A DNA stretch of 64,000 nucleotides from Candidatus Magasanikiibacteriota bacterium (GCA_030650025.1 JAUSEN010000016.1:9428-73427); one strand, 5' to 3'; shown: positions 54,192 through 63,538, counted from the stretch's first letter. The notes: generated by a model not told the origin, from the letters alone. Numbers and translations are program-made.

Positions 54192-55277
54192 ATGCAATAC
54201 CAAATTTTAGAAGTAAACCCAGTTTCCGGTTATGAATTGTTAGATTCGGGTGATGGCGAAAAATTAGAGCGCTATGGCGATGTTGTAGTTGTACGGCCAG
54301 ACCCACAGGCCTTATGGCGCAAGAAGCTGCCGGAGAGCGAGTGGCAAAAAGCCAACGCTTATTTTAAACCCCGCATCACCATAAACCACAAGGGTTTATG
54401 GCAAACAAGGGTGCAGGGCGAGCGTGATAGTAAGAGCGCAGAGTGGCAGACGCGCAGCGAGATTCCAGCACGGTGGCCAATTGAATTTGGGGGTTTAAAG
54501 TTTTGGATTAAACTTTCGGCTTTTAAGCATACGGGGTTATTTCCGGAACAGCTTCCGAATTGGGTTTGGCTGCAAGAAAAAATACGATTGGCGAGACCCC
54601 ACCCCCGCCCGACTTCGCTACGGCGAAGCCGTTGCGGGCGGGCTGCCCTCCCCTTTGCGAAGGGGATGGGAAGCGATACCCCCTCTGTCGCAACGGAGGG
54701 GGAAGGGGGAGGACTGGCGCGCGTTTTAAATTTATTTGGCTATACCGGTGGGGCGACGCTCGCTTGCGCGCAGGCTGGCGCCAGTGTTGTCCATGTGGAT
54801 GCTAGCAAGTCCGCCATTGGATGGGGGAGGGATAACGCGGTGCTTTCCGGCTTAGATAAAAAACCAATTCGTTGGATACTAGACGATGCCGCGACGTTTG
54901 TGCGTCGCGAAATTAAGCGCGGCAACAAATATGATGGCATCATTATGGATCCGCCGGCTTTTGGACACGGACCTAACCGAGAACTTTGGAAAATAGAAGA
55001 TCATTTTTTACCGCTTCTTGAGGATTGTAAAAAAATATTAAGCAGAGAGCCTCTGTTTTTTTTGGTGAATGGCTATGCCTCGGGGTATTCGGCCGTGGCT
55101 TATGAAAATAGTTTAGGTGATTTGTTAAAACACACCCCCCGGCCCCCTCTTGTTAGAGGGGGAGGCGAAAAAGATAATCTAGGAAATATAGAAATTGGTG
55201 AATTGACGATTGCCGAGAGCGGGAGTGGCAGAATTTTGCCAGCTGGTATTTTCGCGCGCTGGAGCGCCCCGCAGTAA
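54192..55277 (+). CDS. RlmI/RlmK-like SAM-dependent rRNA methyltransferase carrying in-frame palindromic insertions
   Basis: NLFGYTGGATLACAQAGA...VDASKSAI (motif I) and DPPAFG (motif IV). GC-rich low-complexity inserts at 54377-54418, 54593-54718 and 55131-55168. Confidence 0.65.
   Translation: MQYQILEVNPVSGYELLDSGDGEKLERYGDVVVVRPDPQALWRKKLPESEWQKANAYFKPRITINHKGLWQTRVQGERDSKSAEWQTRSEIPARWPIEFGGLKFWIKLSAFKHTGLFPEQLPNWVWLQEKIRLARPHPRPTSLRRSRCGRAALPFAKGMGSDTPSVATEGEGGGLARVLNLFGYTGGATLACAQAGASVVHVDASKSAIGWGRDNAVLSGLDKKPIRWILDDAATFVRREIKRGNKYDGIIMDPPAFGHGPNRELWKIEDHFLPLLEDCKKILSREPLFFLVNGYASGYSAVAYENSLGDLLKHTPRPPLVRGGGEKDNLGNIEIGELTIAESGSGRILPAGIFARWSAPQ
54593..54718. repeat. nested GC-rich palindromic mini-element (in-frame inside CDS)
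   Basis: gagaccccaccc...ccctcccctttgcgaagggga.gggaa...ccccctc.gtcgcaacggagggggaagggggagg; related to 61947-62033 and 20985-21020. Confidence 0.65.
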
Positions 55278-55298
55278 GTTTGTTTCGAACAGAGATTT

Positions 55299-56369
55299 AT
55301 GGAGATGGTTATCCAAGAGCGATTAGTGAGCCGCGAGCACAATAATTTTAACATCTTGCGCCTGTTGGCCGCGGTGGGTGTTATTATTACGCACGCCTAC
55401 GCGCTCCTTGGGCTACCTCAATTCGATTGGCTTAAACGCACGAGCCTGGGGCTAATTTCATTTAGCAAATTGGGCGTGTACGTGTTTTTTGTTATCAGCG
55501 GGTTTTTAGTTACCCGCAGCCTTGAAAACAGCGCTACAATTAAGTCATTTTTTTGGAAACGATTTTTGCGAATTTTTCCGGCCATGGTAGTAGTAATTGG
55601 TTTGGCCGTGTTTGTGTTAGGCCCGCTGGTCACCGAGGCACCGCTGGGGGATTATTTTACGAGTCTTGAGACGTATCGGTATTTGGGGGGGTCGTTCCTG
55701 TATTTTATAACCTATTCGCTTCCCGGTGTTTTTTTAAATAACCCATATCCGGGGGCAGTTAACGGGTCGCTGTGGACTTTGCCGTATGAATGGGCGTGCT
55801 ATTGTTTGCTCGCGTGCCTCGCCCCGCTTATTAGAAAGCGCAGTTTTATATGGCTCGCCGGTATTGCCGCGGCGTGTATGGCAACGCGCACGCTCCTGGG
55901 GCACTACCAGGTGTTTTTGGTAGTTCCATTTGTAAGCATCGACACGCGCGAGCTCCTTTTATTTGCTTTTTTATTTTTTTGGGGCGCGGCCGCTGGATAC
56001 GTGGCTTCATATATTCGATATAATTTTTTGGCTGTTTGCCTCGCGCTTGTAGCCTTGGGTGGGTTGTTATTTTTTCACAAGAAACTCGCTTCGTATTGGC
56101 TCCTTATTATTTTGCCCTTTATTACTGTTTGGCTCGCGGCCATTCCCCTGCCCGCGGTCATCCGCCGCTGGTTTAACCAGGCCGATTTTTCTTATGGCAT
56201 GTATATCTACGCCTTTCCAGTGGCGCAGCTTTTGGTATATAGCTACCGCGGCTTTACGGTTACCACTTTTGCTCTTGCTACTATTTTTGCCACGTTGCCG
56301 TTGGCCATGCTGTCGTGGTACTTGGTCGAAAAACCCGCGCTGGCTTTAAAAAAATTTCCCCCCATATAG
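55299..56369 (+). CDS. acyltransferase family 3 (OafA-like) membrane protein
   Basis: NILRLLAAVGVIITHAY and about 10 TM helices. Confidence 0.75.
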   Translation: MEMVIQERLVSREHNNFNILRLLAAVGVIITHAYALLGLPQFDWLKRTSLGLISFSKLGVYVFFVISGFLVTRSLENSATIKSFFWKRFLRIFPAMVVVIGLAVFVLGPLVTEAPLGDYFTSLETYRYLGGSFLYFITYSLPGVFLNNPYPGAVNGSLWTLPYEWACYCLLACLAPLIRKRSFIWLAGIAAACMATRTLLGHYQVFLVVPFVSIDTRELLLFAFLFFWGAAAGYVASYIRYNFLAVCLALVALGGLLFFHKKLASYWLLIILPFITVWLAAIPLPAVIRRWFNQADFSYGMYIYAFPVAQLLVYSYRGFTVTTFALATIFATLPLAMLSWYLVEKPALALKKFPPI

Positions 56370-56370
56370 T

Positions 56371-57063
56371 ATGGCGCTAACGGTTTTATACGAAGATAAC
56401 CATTTAATCGCGGTTTTTAAACCGGCGGGGGTTTTAGTGCAGGGAGATAAAACTGGAGATGCCACCTTGATGGACGAAGTCAAGTATTATTTAAAACAAA
56501 AATACCATAAAACCGGCAAAGTTTTTTTGGGGCTCATTCACCGGCTCGATCGGCCGGTCGCGGGCGTAGTGTTATTTGCTAAAACCAGTAAAGGGGCCAG
56601 CCGCCTTAGCGAGCAATTCAGAAATCATACCGTAGAAAAAATATACGAAGCCTTAGTTGAGGGAGTGCCACCTCAAGGACAAGGGCAGTTAGTGCATTTT
56701 TTAAAAAAAGATAAAGAGGGGAACGTTACCACGGTTTATGATAATTTTGTGCCTGGTAGCCAACGGGCGGAATTGCAGTATGAAGTTTTAGATGAAAAAA
56801 TGGTTGGGCCAGTAGGGAACACGCCCCAGGCGCGTTCCCTACTGCGAATTAAATTAGGTACGGGCCGAAGCCACCAGATTCGCGCGCAACTCGCCAAAAT
56901 TGGCTGTCCGATTGTCGGCGATGTTAAGTATGGTGCAAGTTCGGCTTTAGAGGATAAAGCCATTGCCCTGACTGCCGCGTCTCTGATATTTGATACGGCC
57001 ACCGGAGAGAAAAGGGTTACCGTGCGTGTGGATAGTTTTCTAGACAAAGCCTTCACACCGTGA
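56371..57063 (+). CDS. RluA-family pseudouridine synthase
   Basis: HRLDRPVAGVVLFAKT catalytic Asp motif. Confidence 0.8.
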   Translation: MALTVLYEDNHLIAVFKPAGVLVQGDKTGDATLMDEVKYYLKQKYHKTGKVFLGLIHRLDRPVAGVVLFAKTSKGASRLSEQFRNHTVEKIYEALVEGVPPQGQGQLVHFLKKDKEGNVTTVYDNFVPGSQRAELQYEVLDEKMVGPVGNTPQARSLLRIKLGTGRSHQIRAQLAKIGCPIVGDVKYGASSALEDKAIALTAASLIFDTATGEKRVTVRVDSFLDKAFTP

Positions 57064-57116
57064 TAACCTGACAAAGTATTCAATTTTACTTATTTTTTTA
57101 ACTCATTTTTAATTAA

Positions 57117-57155
57117 CGTCCCGACGTACGTCGGGACATGATTTCGTAAAATCAT
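57117..57155 (+). promoter_or_regulatory. leader module: hairpin gtcccgac-gta-cgtcgggac + palindrome TGATTTcgtaAAATCA abutting the start codon
   Basis: Ends at CATATG 57153-57158. Confidence 0.55.
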
Positions 57156-58304
57156 ATGCGAAAGCTTAAGTTTTTGGGGGCAATGGCAGCAGGTTTGGCG
57201 CTTTTCGGCGCCGGGTGTTCTTTTACTCCGCCAGGAGAGAAGTCTGTTACAGAGGGTAGCTATGTCCCTAAAACAGCTGATACTAGCCCAATTAAAATTG
57301 GTTGGGTGGGGCCTTTGACAGGGGACGCGGCGAGTGTTGGTAAAGACGCGTTGACAGCGGCGCAGTTGGCAGTGGAGGAAGTGAATGCCGCGGGCGGCAT
57401 TAACGGGCGAATGCTTGAACTTGTGGCCGAAGACGGCAAATGTAATCCTAAAGACGCGGCTACGGCAGGGAATAAGCTTATTAATGTAGACAAAGTCCCG
57501 GCGATTGTGGGGACGGCGTGTTCAGGCGAGATGATGGCAATTGCGCCAACTGCCGAACAGAATAAAACAATTATGGTGGGTTACTGCGCTTCGGCTCCGA
57601 CGGTCAGCGCGGCGGGTGATTATATCTTTCGCACGTATCCGTCCGATGTTCTGCAATCCAAATTTGTCGCTGAATATGTTTATAATACTCTTGGCAAGAA
57701 GAAAGTGGCCACGCTTGCCGTCCTCGGCGATTGGGGGACTGGCCTTAAGAACGGCTTTGAACAGCGCTTTAAAGAATTAGGCGGAGAAGTTGTTTCTTCT
57801 CAAGACTATGTGCAGGAAAGTCGCGATTTACGCACACAGTTGACTAAAGCCAAGGACAGCCAGCCCGAGATTTTATTTTTTGTCGGATACACAGAAGCTT
57901 CGATTGCTGGTTTAAAACAAGCTAAAGAGCTCGGCCTTAATGTATCGATAATTGGCGGCGATGCCTGGGATGACACCAAGATTCATGCTAATTCTTTTGC
58001 CGAGGGCATTATGTACAGTGTCGGGGCCGCGCCCCAGTATGACCTGGCCTGGGTAGAAAAATTAAAACAGAAGGGCGCTACCACCAATGTCTGCGTGCCT
58101 CGTTCGTATGACAACGTCAAACTCCTGGCAGAAATTATGAAACGGACTGGGACGGACACTGCTAAAATTAAAGACGAGCTGTACAAGGTGCAAGGTTATC
58201 AAGGAATTGGTGGCATAGTAAATATGGACAGCAACGGTGACAATACTTCTGCCCAGTTCCAAATTAAAGTAGTTAAGAACGGCAAAGCCGAAGCGGCAAA
58301 ATAA
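57156..58304 (+). CDS. branched-chain amino acid ABC transporter substrate-binding lipoprotein (LivJ/LivK family)
   Basis: Lipobox FGAGCS; IKIGWVGPLTGDAASVGKD...INGRMLELVAEDGKC. Confidence 0.8.
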   Translation: MRKLKFLGAMAAGLALFGAGCSFTPPGEKSVTEGSYVPKTADTSPIKIGWVGPLTGDAASVGKDALTAAQLAVEEVNAAGGINGRMLELVAEDGKCNPKDAATAGNKLINVDKVPAIVGTACSGEMMAIAPTAEQNKTIMVGYCASAPTVSAAGDYIFRTYPSDVLQSKFVAEYVYNTLGKKKVATLAVLGDWGTGLKNGFEQRFKELGGEVVSSQDYVQESRDLRTQLTKAKDSQPEILFFVGYTEASIAGLKQAKELGLNVSIIGGDAWDDTKIHANSFAEGIMYSVGAAPQYDLAWVEKLKQKGATTNVCVPRSYDNVKLLAEIMKRTGTDTAKIKDELYKVQGYQGIGGIVNMDSNGDNTSAQFQIKVVKNGKAEAAK

Positions 58305-58381
58305 AAATTGCTTAATCAGAGTCTTCAAGCGGGCGCCCCGCGCCACAGGCACGGGGCGCCCGTTCTGTAAATTGGCGTAAT

Positions 58382-59287
58382 ATGGAAATCGCCAGTGCCG
58401 CAATTTTGCCCCAGCTCATAGTCAACGGCCTGATAGCCGGGGCAATGTATTCTCTTACGGCCGCAGGGTTCTCGCTGGTGTACGCGACGAATCGTTTTTT
58501 GAATTTGGCACACGGTGGCATAATGATGGTGGGGGCGTACCTCGTGTATACGTTTTTTAATCTGGCTGGTTTAAATTTTTACGCGGCGAGCTTTTTGGCA
58601 GTGATTTGCACCAGCCTGTTTGGGGGATTTTTGTTTGTAAGCGTTTATCGGCCGCTCCGCCAGAAAAAAGCGGCCAATATGGTAATGCTTATCGCCGCCG
58701 CTGGCTTAGCAATACTCTTAGAAGCGCTCGTTACCTTAATTTTTGGCACTGACGTTAAACAGCTGAATTTTATCAGCGTGCAAGAGGGGTGGCATATCGC
58801 CGGGGCGATTATTACTCCGCTCCAGCTTGTCGTGATGGCAGTATCGGCCGTTCTTTTGGTGAGTTTCGCGGTTTTTATGAAGTATAGCTCTTGGGGCAAA
58901 TTAATCCGCGCTGTTGCCGATAATGCTGATTTAGCGCGCACCACCGGTATTAACCCTTACGCTGTGCAATTATGGAGTTTTGTGATCGCGTGCGCCATCG
59001 CGAGCGTAGCCGGAATTTTAATCGGCCTGGAGCGCAATATCGAGCCGCGCATGGGCTTGGGCTTCGCGCTGGTTAGTTTTGCTAGCACGGTAGTAGGCGG
59101 CATGGGTTCGCTCCCCGGGGCAATACTCGGGAGTTATTTGATAGGGCTAGCAGAAAATGTCGGTCAGTGGATTCTGCCTTCTGGCTATAAAGAAGCTATT
59201 TGGCTTGTGATGCTGTTTTTGTTTTTACTTATCCGCCCGAGCGGAATTTTTGGCACGGAGCAAGGGGTGCGGCAAACAAAATTATGA
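58382..59287 (+). CDS. livH: branched-chain amino acid ABC permease
   Basis: LivH-like TM protein in operon context. Confidence 0.7.
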   Translation: MEIASAAILPQLIVNGLIAGAMYSLTAAGFSLVYATNRFLNLAHGGIMMVGAYLVYTFFNLAGLNFYAASFLAVICTSLFGGFLFVSVYRPLRQKKAANMVMLIAAAGLAILLEALVTLIFGTDVKQLNFISVQEGWHIAGAIITPLQLVVMAVSAVLLVSFAVFMKYSSWGKLIRAVADNADLARTTGINPYAVQLWSFVIACAIASVAGILIGLERNIEPRMGLGFALVSFASTVVGGMGSLPGAILGSYLIGLAENVGQWILPSGYKEAIWLVMLFLFLLIRPSGIFGTEQGVRQTKL

Positions 59288-60156
59288 GCGCGTATTTTTC
59301 TCAAATTTTGATACTCATTTGTATTTATGCGATTGTCGCTGGCAGTTTGAATTTGGCGTTTGGCTATACCGGCCTTGTAAACTTGGGGCACATCGCATTT
59401 TTTGGGTTGGGAGCCTATACCTCGGCGATTTTGACCGTTGAGTATCAGGTGCCGTTTATGGCAGCTTTTTTTGCCGCGGGGGCAGTGGCCGGTGTCTTTG
59501 GCTGGGTTATTACTGCCATCACGAGCCGCCTCAAGGGTGATTATTTTGCGCTGGCCGCGCTGGCCTTTAATTTTTTAGCGGTGGCTGTTTTTTTGAATTG
59601 GATTTCGTTCACTCACGGCCCCTTGGGAATCGCGGGAGTTCCGCGCCCCCAGATTTTCGGCTTAAAAATTTTAAGCCCCGAGGGCTATGCCGCGTTCGCA
59701 TTTTTGGTGATGGCGGCCGTGTTTCTTTTTATGCGTCGGCTTACCGCTTCGCGCTACGGCCGAGTTTTGGAGGCAGTGCGCGATGACGCTTTAGGCGCCG
59801 AAGCGCTCGGCAAAAATGTTTTTCGCCTCAAGTGCCAGTGCTTGGTAGCTTCCACGTTTTGCGCCGGATTGGCCGGGTCATTGTTCGCTCACTTTATTCA
59901 ATTTATCGATCCGTACTCGTTTTATCTGCCAGACCTTATCGTGGCGCTTACCATTTTGATTGTCGGCGGCCTGGCTTCGCTTAAGGGCTCACTAGCTGGA
60001 GCACTCATTATTATAATTATCCCGGAATTGCTCCGATTCTTGCCGATCCCAGATCATGTGGTCGGACCCTTGCGGCAAGCCGTATACAGCGCTATCTTAA
60101 TCGGAATTTTGCTCGTGCGGCCACGTGGGATTTTTGGCAAAGTTGACTTGGAATAG
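59284..60156 (+). CDS. livM: branched-chain amino acid ABC permease
   Basis: Start moved to ATG 59284 (MSAYFSQIL...), overlapping the livH stop by 4 nt. Confidence 0.65.
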   Translation: MSAYFSQILILICIYAIVAGSLNLAFGYTGLVNLGHIAFFGLGAYTSAILTVEYQVPFMAAFFAAGAVAGVFGWVITAITSRLKGDYFALAALAFNFLAVAVFLNWISFTHGPLGIAGVPRPQIFGLKILSPEGYAAFAFLVMAAVFLFMRRLTASRYGRVLEAVRDDALGAEALGKNVFRLKCQCLVASTFCAGLAGSLFAHFIQFIDPYSFYLPDLIVALTILIVGGLASLKGSLAGALIIIIIPELLRFLPIPDHVVGPLRQAVYSAILIGILLVRPRGIFGKVDLE

Positions 60157-60228
60157 CACAGATTACCTGCCCGCAATGCTTCGCATAGCGAGGCGGGCGG
60201 GCGCAGATTCATTTGGATTAAACAGATT

Positions 60229-60957
60229 ATGTTACAGATTGAAAATATCACTAAGAATTTTGGCGGCGTGGAGGCTATCAAAGGTTCTGATTTTAGCGTA
60301 GTCGAAGGACGCACCACGGCGTTGATTGGCCCAAACGGTGCCGGTAAAACAACTTTATTTGATATTATCAGCGGGTTTGTGAGGCCAGACACTGGCCGGG
60401 TGATTTTCGCTGGCGAGGAGTTAAATAAATTACAACCATTTCAGAGAGCGAACCTTGGCATCAGCCGTACGTTTCAGCAGGTAAGATTATTTCGTTATTT
60501 GACTATCATGGATCATCTCATAATGTCCGAAGATAGTTTTGACACTAAGTTTTGGCGCAATATTTTTAAGCGGCCGCGCGTGGAGCGCAGTAAATATGAG
60601 GCGGTGCTTGAGCAGTTTGGCATCGAACGGACGTTAGATACAGTCGTTTCTGATCTTAGTTATGGCCAACGTAAACTTCTTCAGATCGCTATGGCGCTCC
60701 GCCGGCCGCACAAGCTTTTAATGCTCGATGAGCCGGTAGCGGGTGTTAATAGCGTGGTCCAAGCCAAAATTGAAAATTTGTTGCTTGATTTAAAATCTAA
60801 GGGCGAGACAATTTTATTGATTGACCATGATATGAATTTTGTACGGCGATTGGCTGATCATGTCATTGCCCTAGATGCGGGGGTAGTGATTGTCGACGGG
60901 ACTCCGGAACAAGTGCTAAATGACTCGCGAGTTTTAGAAGCTTATTTGGGAGTATGA
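60229..60957 (+). CDS. livG: ABC transporter ATP-binding protein
   Basis: Walker A GPNGAGKTT, signature LSYGQRKLL, Walker B LLMLDEP. Confidence 0.8.
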   Translation: MLQIENITKNFGGVEAIKGSDFSVVEGRTTALIGPNGAGKTTLFDIISGFVRPDTGRVIFAGEELNKLQPFQRANLGISRTFQQVRLFRYLTIMDHLIMSEDSFDTKFWRNIFKRPRVERSKYEAVLEQFGIERTLDTVVSDLSYGQRKLLQIAMALRRPHKLLMLDEPVAGVNSVVQAKIENLLLDLKSKGETILLIDHDMNFVRRLADHVIALDAGVVIVDGTPEQVLNDSRVLEAYLGV

Positions 60958-60993
60958 TGTTTATTTACGGAACAACAATTTTCTCGCTAACTG

Positions 60994-61725
60994 TTGTTCC
61001 GTAAATTATATATGCTAAAAATAACAAATTTAAATGCCGGCTATGCGGATTTACCTGTTTTAAAAGAGGTAAATTTGGAATTACAACCCGCTACCATGTC
61101 AGTGTTGATGGGTCCGAATGGCGCTGGGAAGTCCACGCTTTTGAAGTCGGTTTTTAATTTGACCAATATTACCAGCGGGCAAATTTATTTTGAAGGCGTT
61201 GAGATTACTGGTTGGCCGGCGCACAAGTTGCTATCATTAGGAATCGCGTATGTAGCCCAAGGAAAGATTAATTTTAGTTCCATGACCGTGCGCGAAAATT
61301 TGATGCTCGGCGCGCATTTTATAAAAAATAAAATGGAATGTCAGGAACGCTTGGTAAAAATTTATGAACAGTTCCCAATGCTTTTAGAAAAAGAAGGCGC
61401 TTTGGCCTTTACGCTTTCGGGCGGGCAGCAGCAGATGCTTGCGATCGGCCGGGCGTTGATGAGCGCCCCGCGGTTGCTTTTGCTCGACGAGCCTTCGCTT
61501 GGGCTCGCGCCTAAATTGGTGAAAGAAGTGTTTGCTAAAGTCAGAGCCATTAAAGATATTTTTGGCGCGACAGTTTTAATCGTGGAGCATAACTTAAAAA
61601 GTTTAATGGAAGTGGCGGATTATGGGTATATTTTGGTGCAGGGTCAAATTGTCGCTCATGATAAATGTAGTATTTTAAAAAATCTGCCTATCATGAAAGA
61701 TGTGTTTGTGGGTAAATTAGATTAG
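60994..61725 (+). CDS. livF: ABC transporter ATP-binding protein
   Basis: GPNGAGKST, LSGGQQQML, LLLLDEP. Confidence 0.8.
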   Translation: MFRKLYMLKITNLNAGYADLPVLKEVNLELQPATMSVLMGPNGAGKSTLLKSVFNLTNITSGQIYFEGVEITGWPAHKLLSLGIAYVAQGKINFSSMTVRENLMLGAHFIKNKMECQERLVKIYEQFPMLLEKEGALAFTLSGGQQQMLAIGRALMSAPRLLLLDEPSLGLAPKLVKEVFAKVRAIKDIFGATVLIVEHNLKSLMEVADYGYILVQGQIVAHDKCSILKNLPIMKDVFVGKLD

Positions 61726-61744
61726 AAGTCGGATAAGTTTTTTT

Positions 61745-63085
61745 ATGCTTAAACAAATTGTTGACTTACACGTACACTCAAAATACTCGCGCGCTTGTTC
61801 GCCGCAGTTGGATCTGCCGAATATCGCCGCGGCTTGTAATAAGAAAGGGATAGATATTATCGCGACGGGCGATTTTACGCACCCGGCCTGGTTTAAACGC
61901 CTCGAAGAAAATTTGGAAGAAACGAGTGAAGGGGTGTATGAATTGCGAGACCCCACCCTCGCCCTCCCCTTTGCGAAGGGGAGGGAAATTGTCGCCCCCC
62001 TCCTTAGCAAAGGAGGGGGTAGGGGGAGGTCTCACGTACGTTTTGTGCTCGGGACGGAAATTTCTTGCATTTATTCTCATAAAGACAAGACCCGCCGCCT
62101 GCATTTGTTAATTTTTGCGCCTAATTTAGAGGCAGTAAGAAAATTTAATGCCGAGTTAGAGAAGAGAGGGGTGAATTTAAAGGCTGATGGGCGGCCGATA
62201 ATGGGTTTGAGCGGTAAAGAGATTGTGCAGATTTGTTTAGATATAGATAAAAATATGTGGGTGGTGCCGGCCCATGCCTGGACACCGTGGTTTGCGGTAT
62301 TTGGGTCTAAATCTGGGTATGATTCGCTGGAAGAATGTTTTGAAGAGTTAACGCCACATATTACCGCCATTGAAACTGGCTTGTCGAGCGATCCTACTAT
62401 GAATCGCCGGTTGTCTAGGCTTGATAATATTACTCTCATTTCTAATTCGGACGCTCATAGTTTGGAAAAGTTAGGCCGAGAGGCGAATATTTTGCAGTTT
62501 AATGATGAGGAGAGTCTCACGTATGCAGAATTAAAGAGAATTATTACCACCGGGGACAGAAAAAAATTTTTAAACACGATAGAATTTTATCCGGAAGAGG
62601 GAAAATATTATGCTGATGGCCATGCGGATTGCAAAATTAGCCTGACACCAGAAGAGGCCATAACCAATAAATTAAAATGCCCTAAGTGCCAGCGCCCACT
62701 AACAGTAGGCGTCTTGCACCGTGTAGTAGCGCTCGCCGATAGAGATGAGAAGGAAATACCCAAAAACAAGTTTATTCCGCACCAATACGCGGTGCCATTA
62801 CTCGAAATTATCGCGGGAGCGTTTAGGGTGGGAGTGGCCAGTAAAAAAGTAAGAGCGGAATATGAGAGTTTAATAAAAAAATTGGGCGCAGAATTTGATA
62901 TCTTGTTGAATATTCCGATTGATAAGATTGAGGGGGCGGTAAGTAATAAAAACATCGCGTTCGGCATACAGAATATGCGGGCGGGGAAGGTAGCGGTAAA
63001 ACCAGGGTACGATGGTATTTTTGGCGTGGTTGACGTGTTCTCTGACAAAAAATATCATCGGCCGGTGCAGACTAGCCTGCTTTAG
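61745..63085 (+). CDS. PHP-domain protein (TIGR00375-like; possibly endonuclease-Q-like) with 29-codon in-frame palindromic insertion
   Basis: VDLHVHSKYS...GDFTHP PHP motifs and CPKC zinc-finger-like motif; insert PTLALPFAKGREIVAPLLSKGGGRGRSHV encoded by 61947-62033. Confidence 0.6.
   Translation: MLKQIVDLHVHSKYSRACSPQLDLPNIAAACNKKGIDIIATGDFTHPAWFKRLEENLEETSEGVYELRDPTLALPFAKGREIVAPLLSKGGGRGRSHVRFVLGTEISCIYSHKDKTRRLHLLIFAPNLEAVRKFNAELEKRGVNLKADGRPIMGLSGKEIVQICLDIDKNMWVVPAHAWTPWFAVFGSKSGYDSLEECFEELTPHITAIETGLSSDPTMNRRLSRLDNITLISNSDAHSLEKLGREANILQFNDEESLTYAELKRIITTGDRKKFLNTIEFYPEEGKYYADGHADCKISLTPEEAITNKLKCPKCQRPLTVGVLHRVVALADRDEKEIPKNKFIPHQYAVPLLEIIAGAFRVGVASKKVRAEYESLIKKLGAEFDILLNIPIDKIEGAVSNKNIAFGIQNMRAGKVAVKPGYDGIFGVVDVFSDKKYHRPVQTSLL
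61947..62033. repeat. GC-rich palindromic mini-element with terminal inverted repeats gagacc/ggtctc, 87 bp, in-frame in CDS
   Basis: gagaccccaccctcgccctcccctttgcgaaggggagggaaattgtcgcccccctccttagcaaaggagggggtagggggaggtctc. Confidence 0.7.
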
Positions 63086-63099
63086 CAGAGCGATTGCTT

Positions 63100-63150
63100 C
63101 GTAATTTTTTTTCATAAAAAAACCCTGAACCACATAGGATTCAGGGTTAG
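63100..63150. terminator. bidirectional intrinsic terminator (ccctgaa...ttcaggg hairpin between T and A tracts)
   Basis: ttttttttcataaaaaaaccctgaaccacataggattcagggtt. Confidence 0.55.
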
Positions 63151-63164
63151 TTTAAGAGAGAAGT

Positions 63165-63227
63165 TTATTTCTTCTTCTTTTTTCCAGCCTTCTTCTTGCC
63201 CTTCTTGGCGGCTTTTTTCTTGGCCAT
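63165..63227 (-). CDS. 20-aa polylysine micro-ORF MAKKKAAKKGKKKAGKKKKK with strong SD
   Basis: aagggaggtg lies 5 nt upstream of the ATG (minus strand) and the terminator hairpin is immediately downstream; not in the ORF track because it is under the length cutoff. Confidence 0.45.
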   Translation of the reverse strand: MAKKKAAKKGKKKAGKKKKK

Positions 63228-63465
63228 ATGTGGCACCTCCCTTCGAACTTGTTTTATGAGAAACAAGCTTGATTAAATTTTTTTTCTACTCGCGAGTGAG
63301 AGAAAAAATTTTAAAAAAGAATTTTTCCCGACAAGCATCGAGGATAAATTCTTTTCACGACCCTTAGATATAGTATATATGGTGCACGTAAAATGTAAAT
63401 AGAAAAGAGGAGAGTTATGCACACCCCTACGCTAAAGCTTCGGGATGCAAGCAGCTCAAGAATTT

Positions 63466-63538
63466 GTGTCTCCATGAGGAATTGAACCTCAATTACAGGC
63501 TTCGGAGGCCTGTGTTTTATCCGTTAAACTATGGAGAC
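63466..63538 (-). tRNA. tRNA-Arg(CCG)
   Basis: Reverse complement: acceptor gtctcca/tggagac, D stem gttt/aaac, anticodon stem caggc/gcctg with loop ctCCGaa, T arm tgaggttcaattcctca. Confidence 0.8.
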
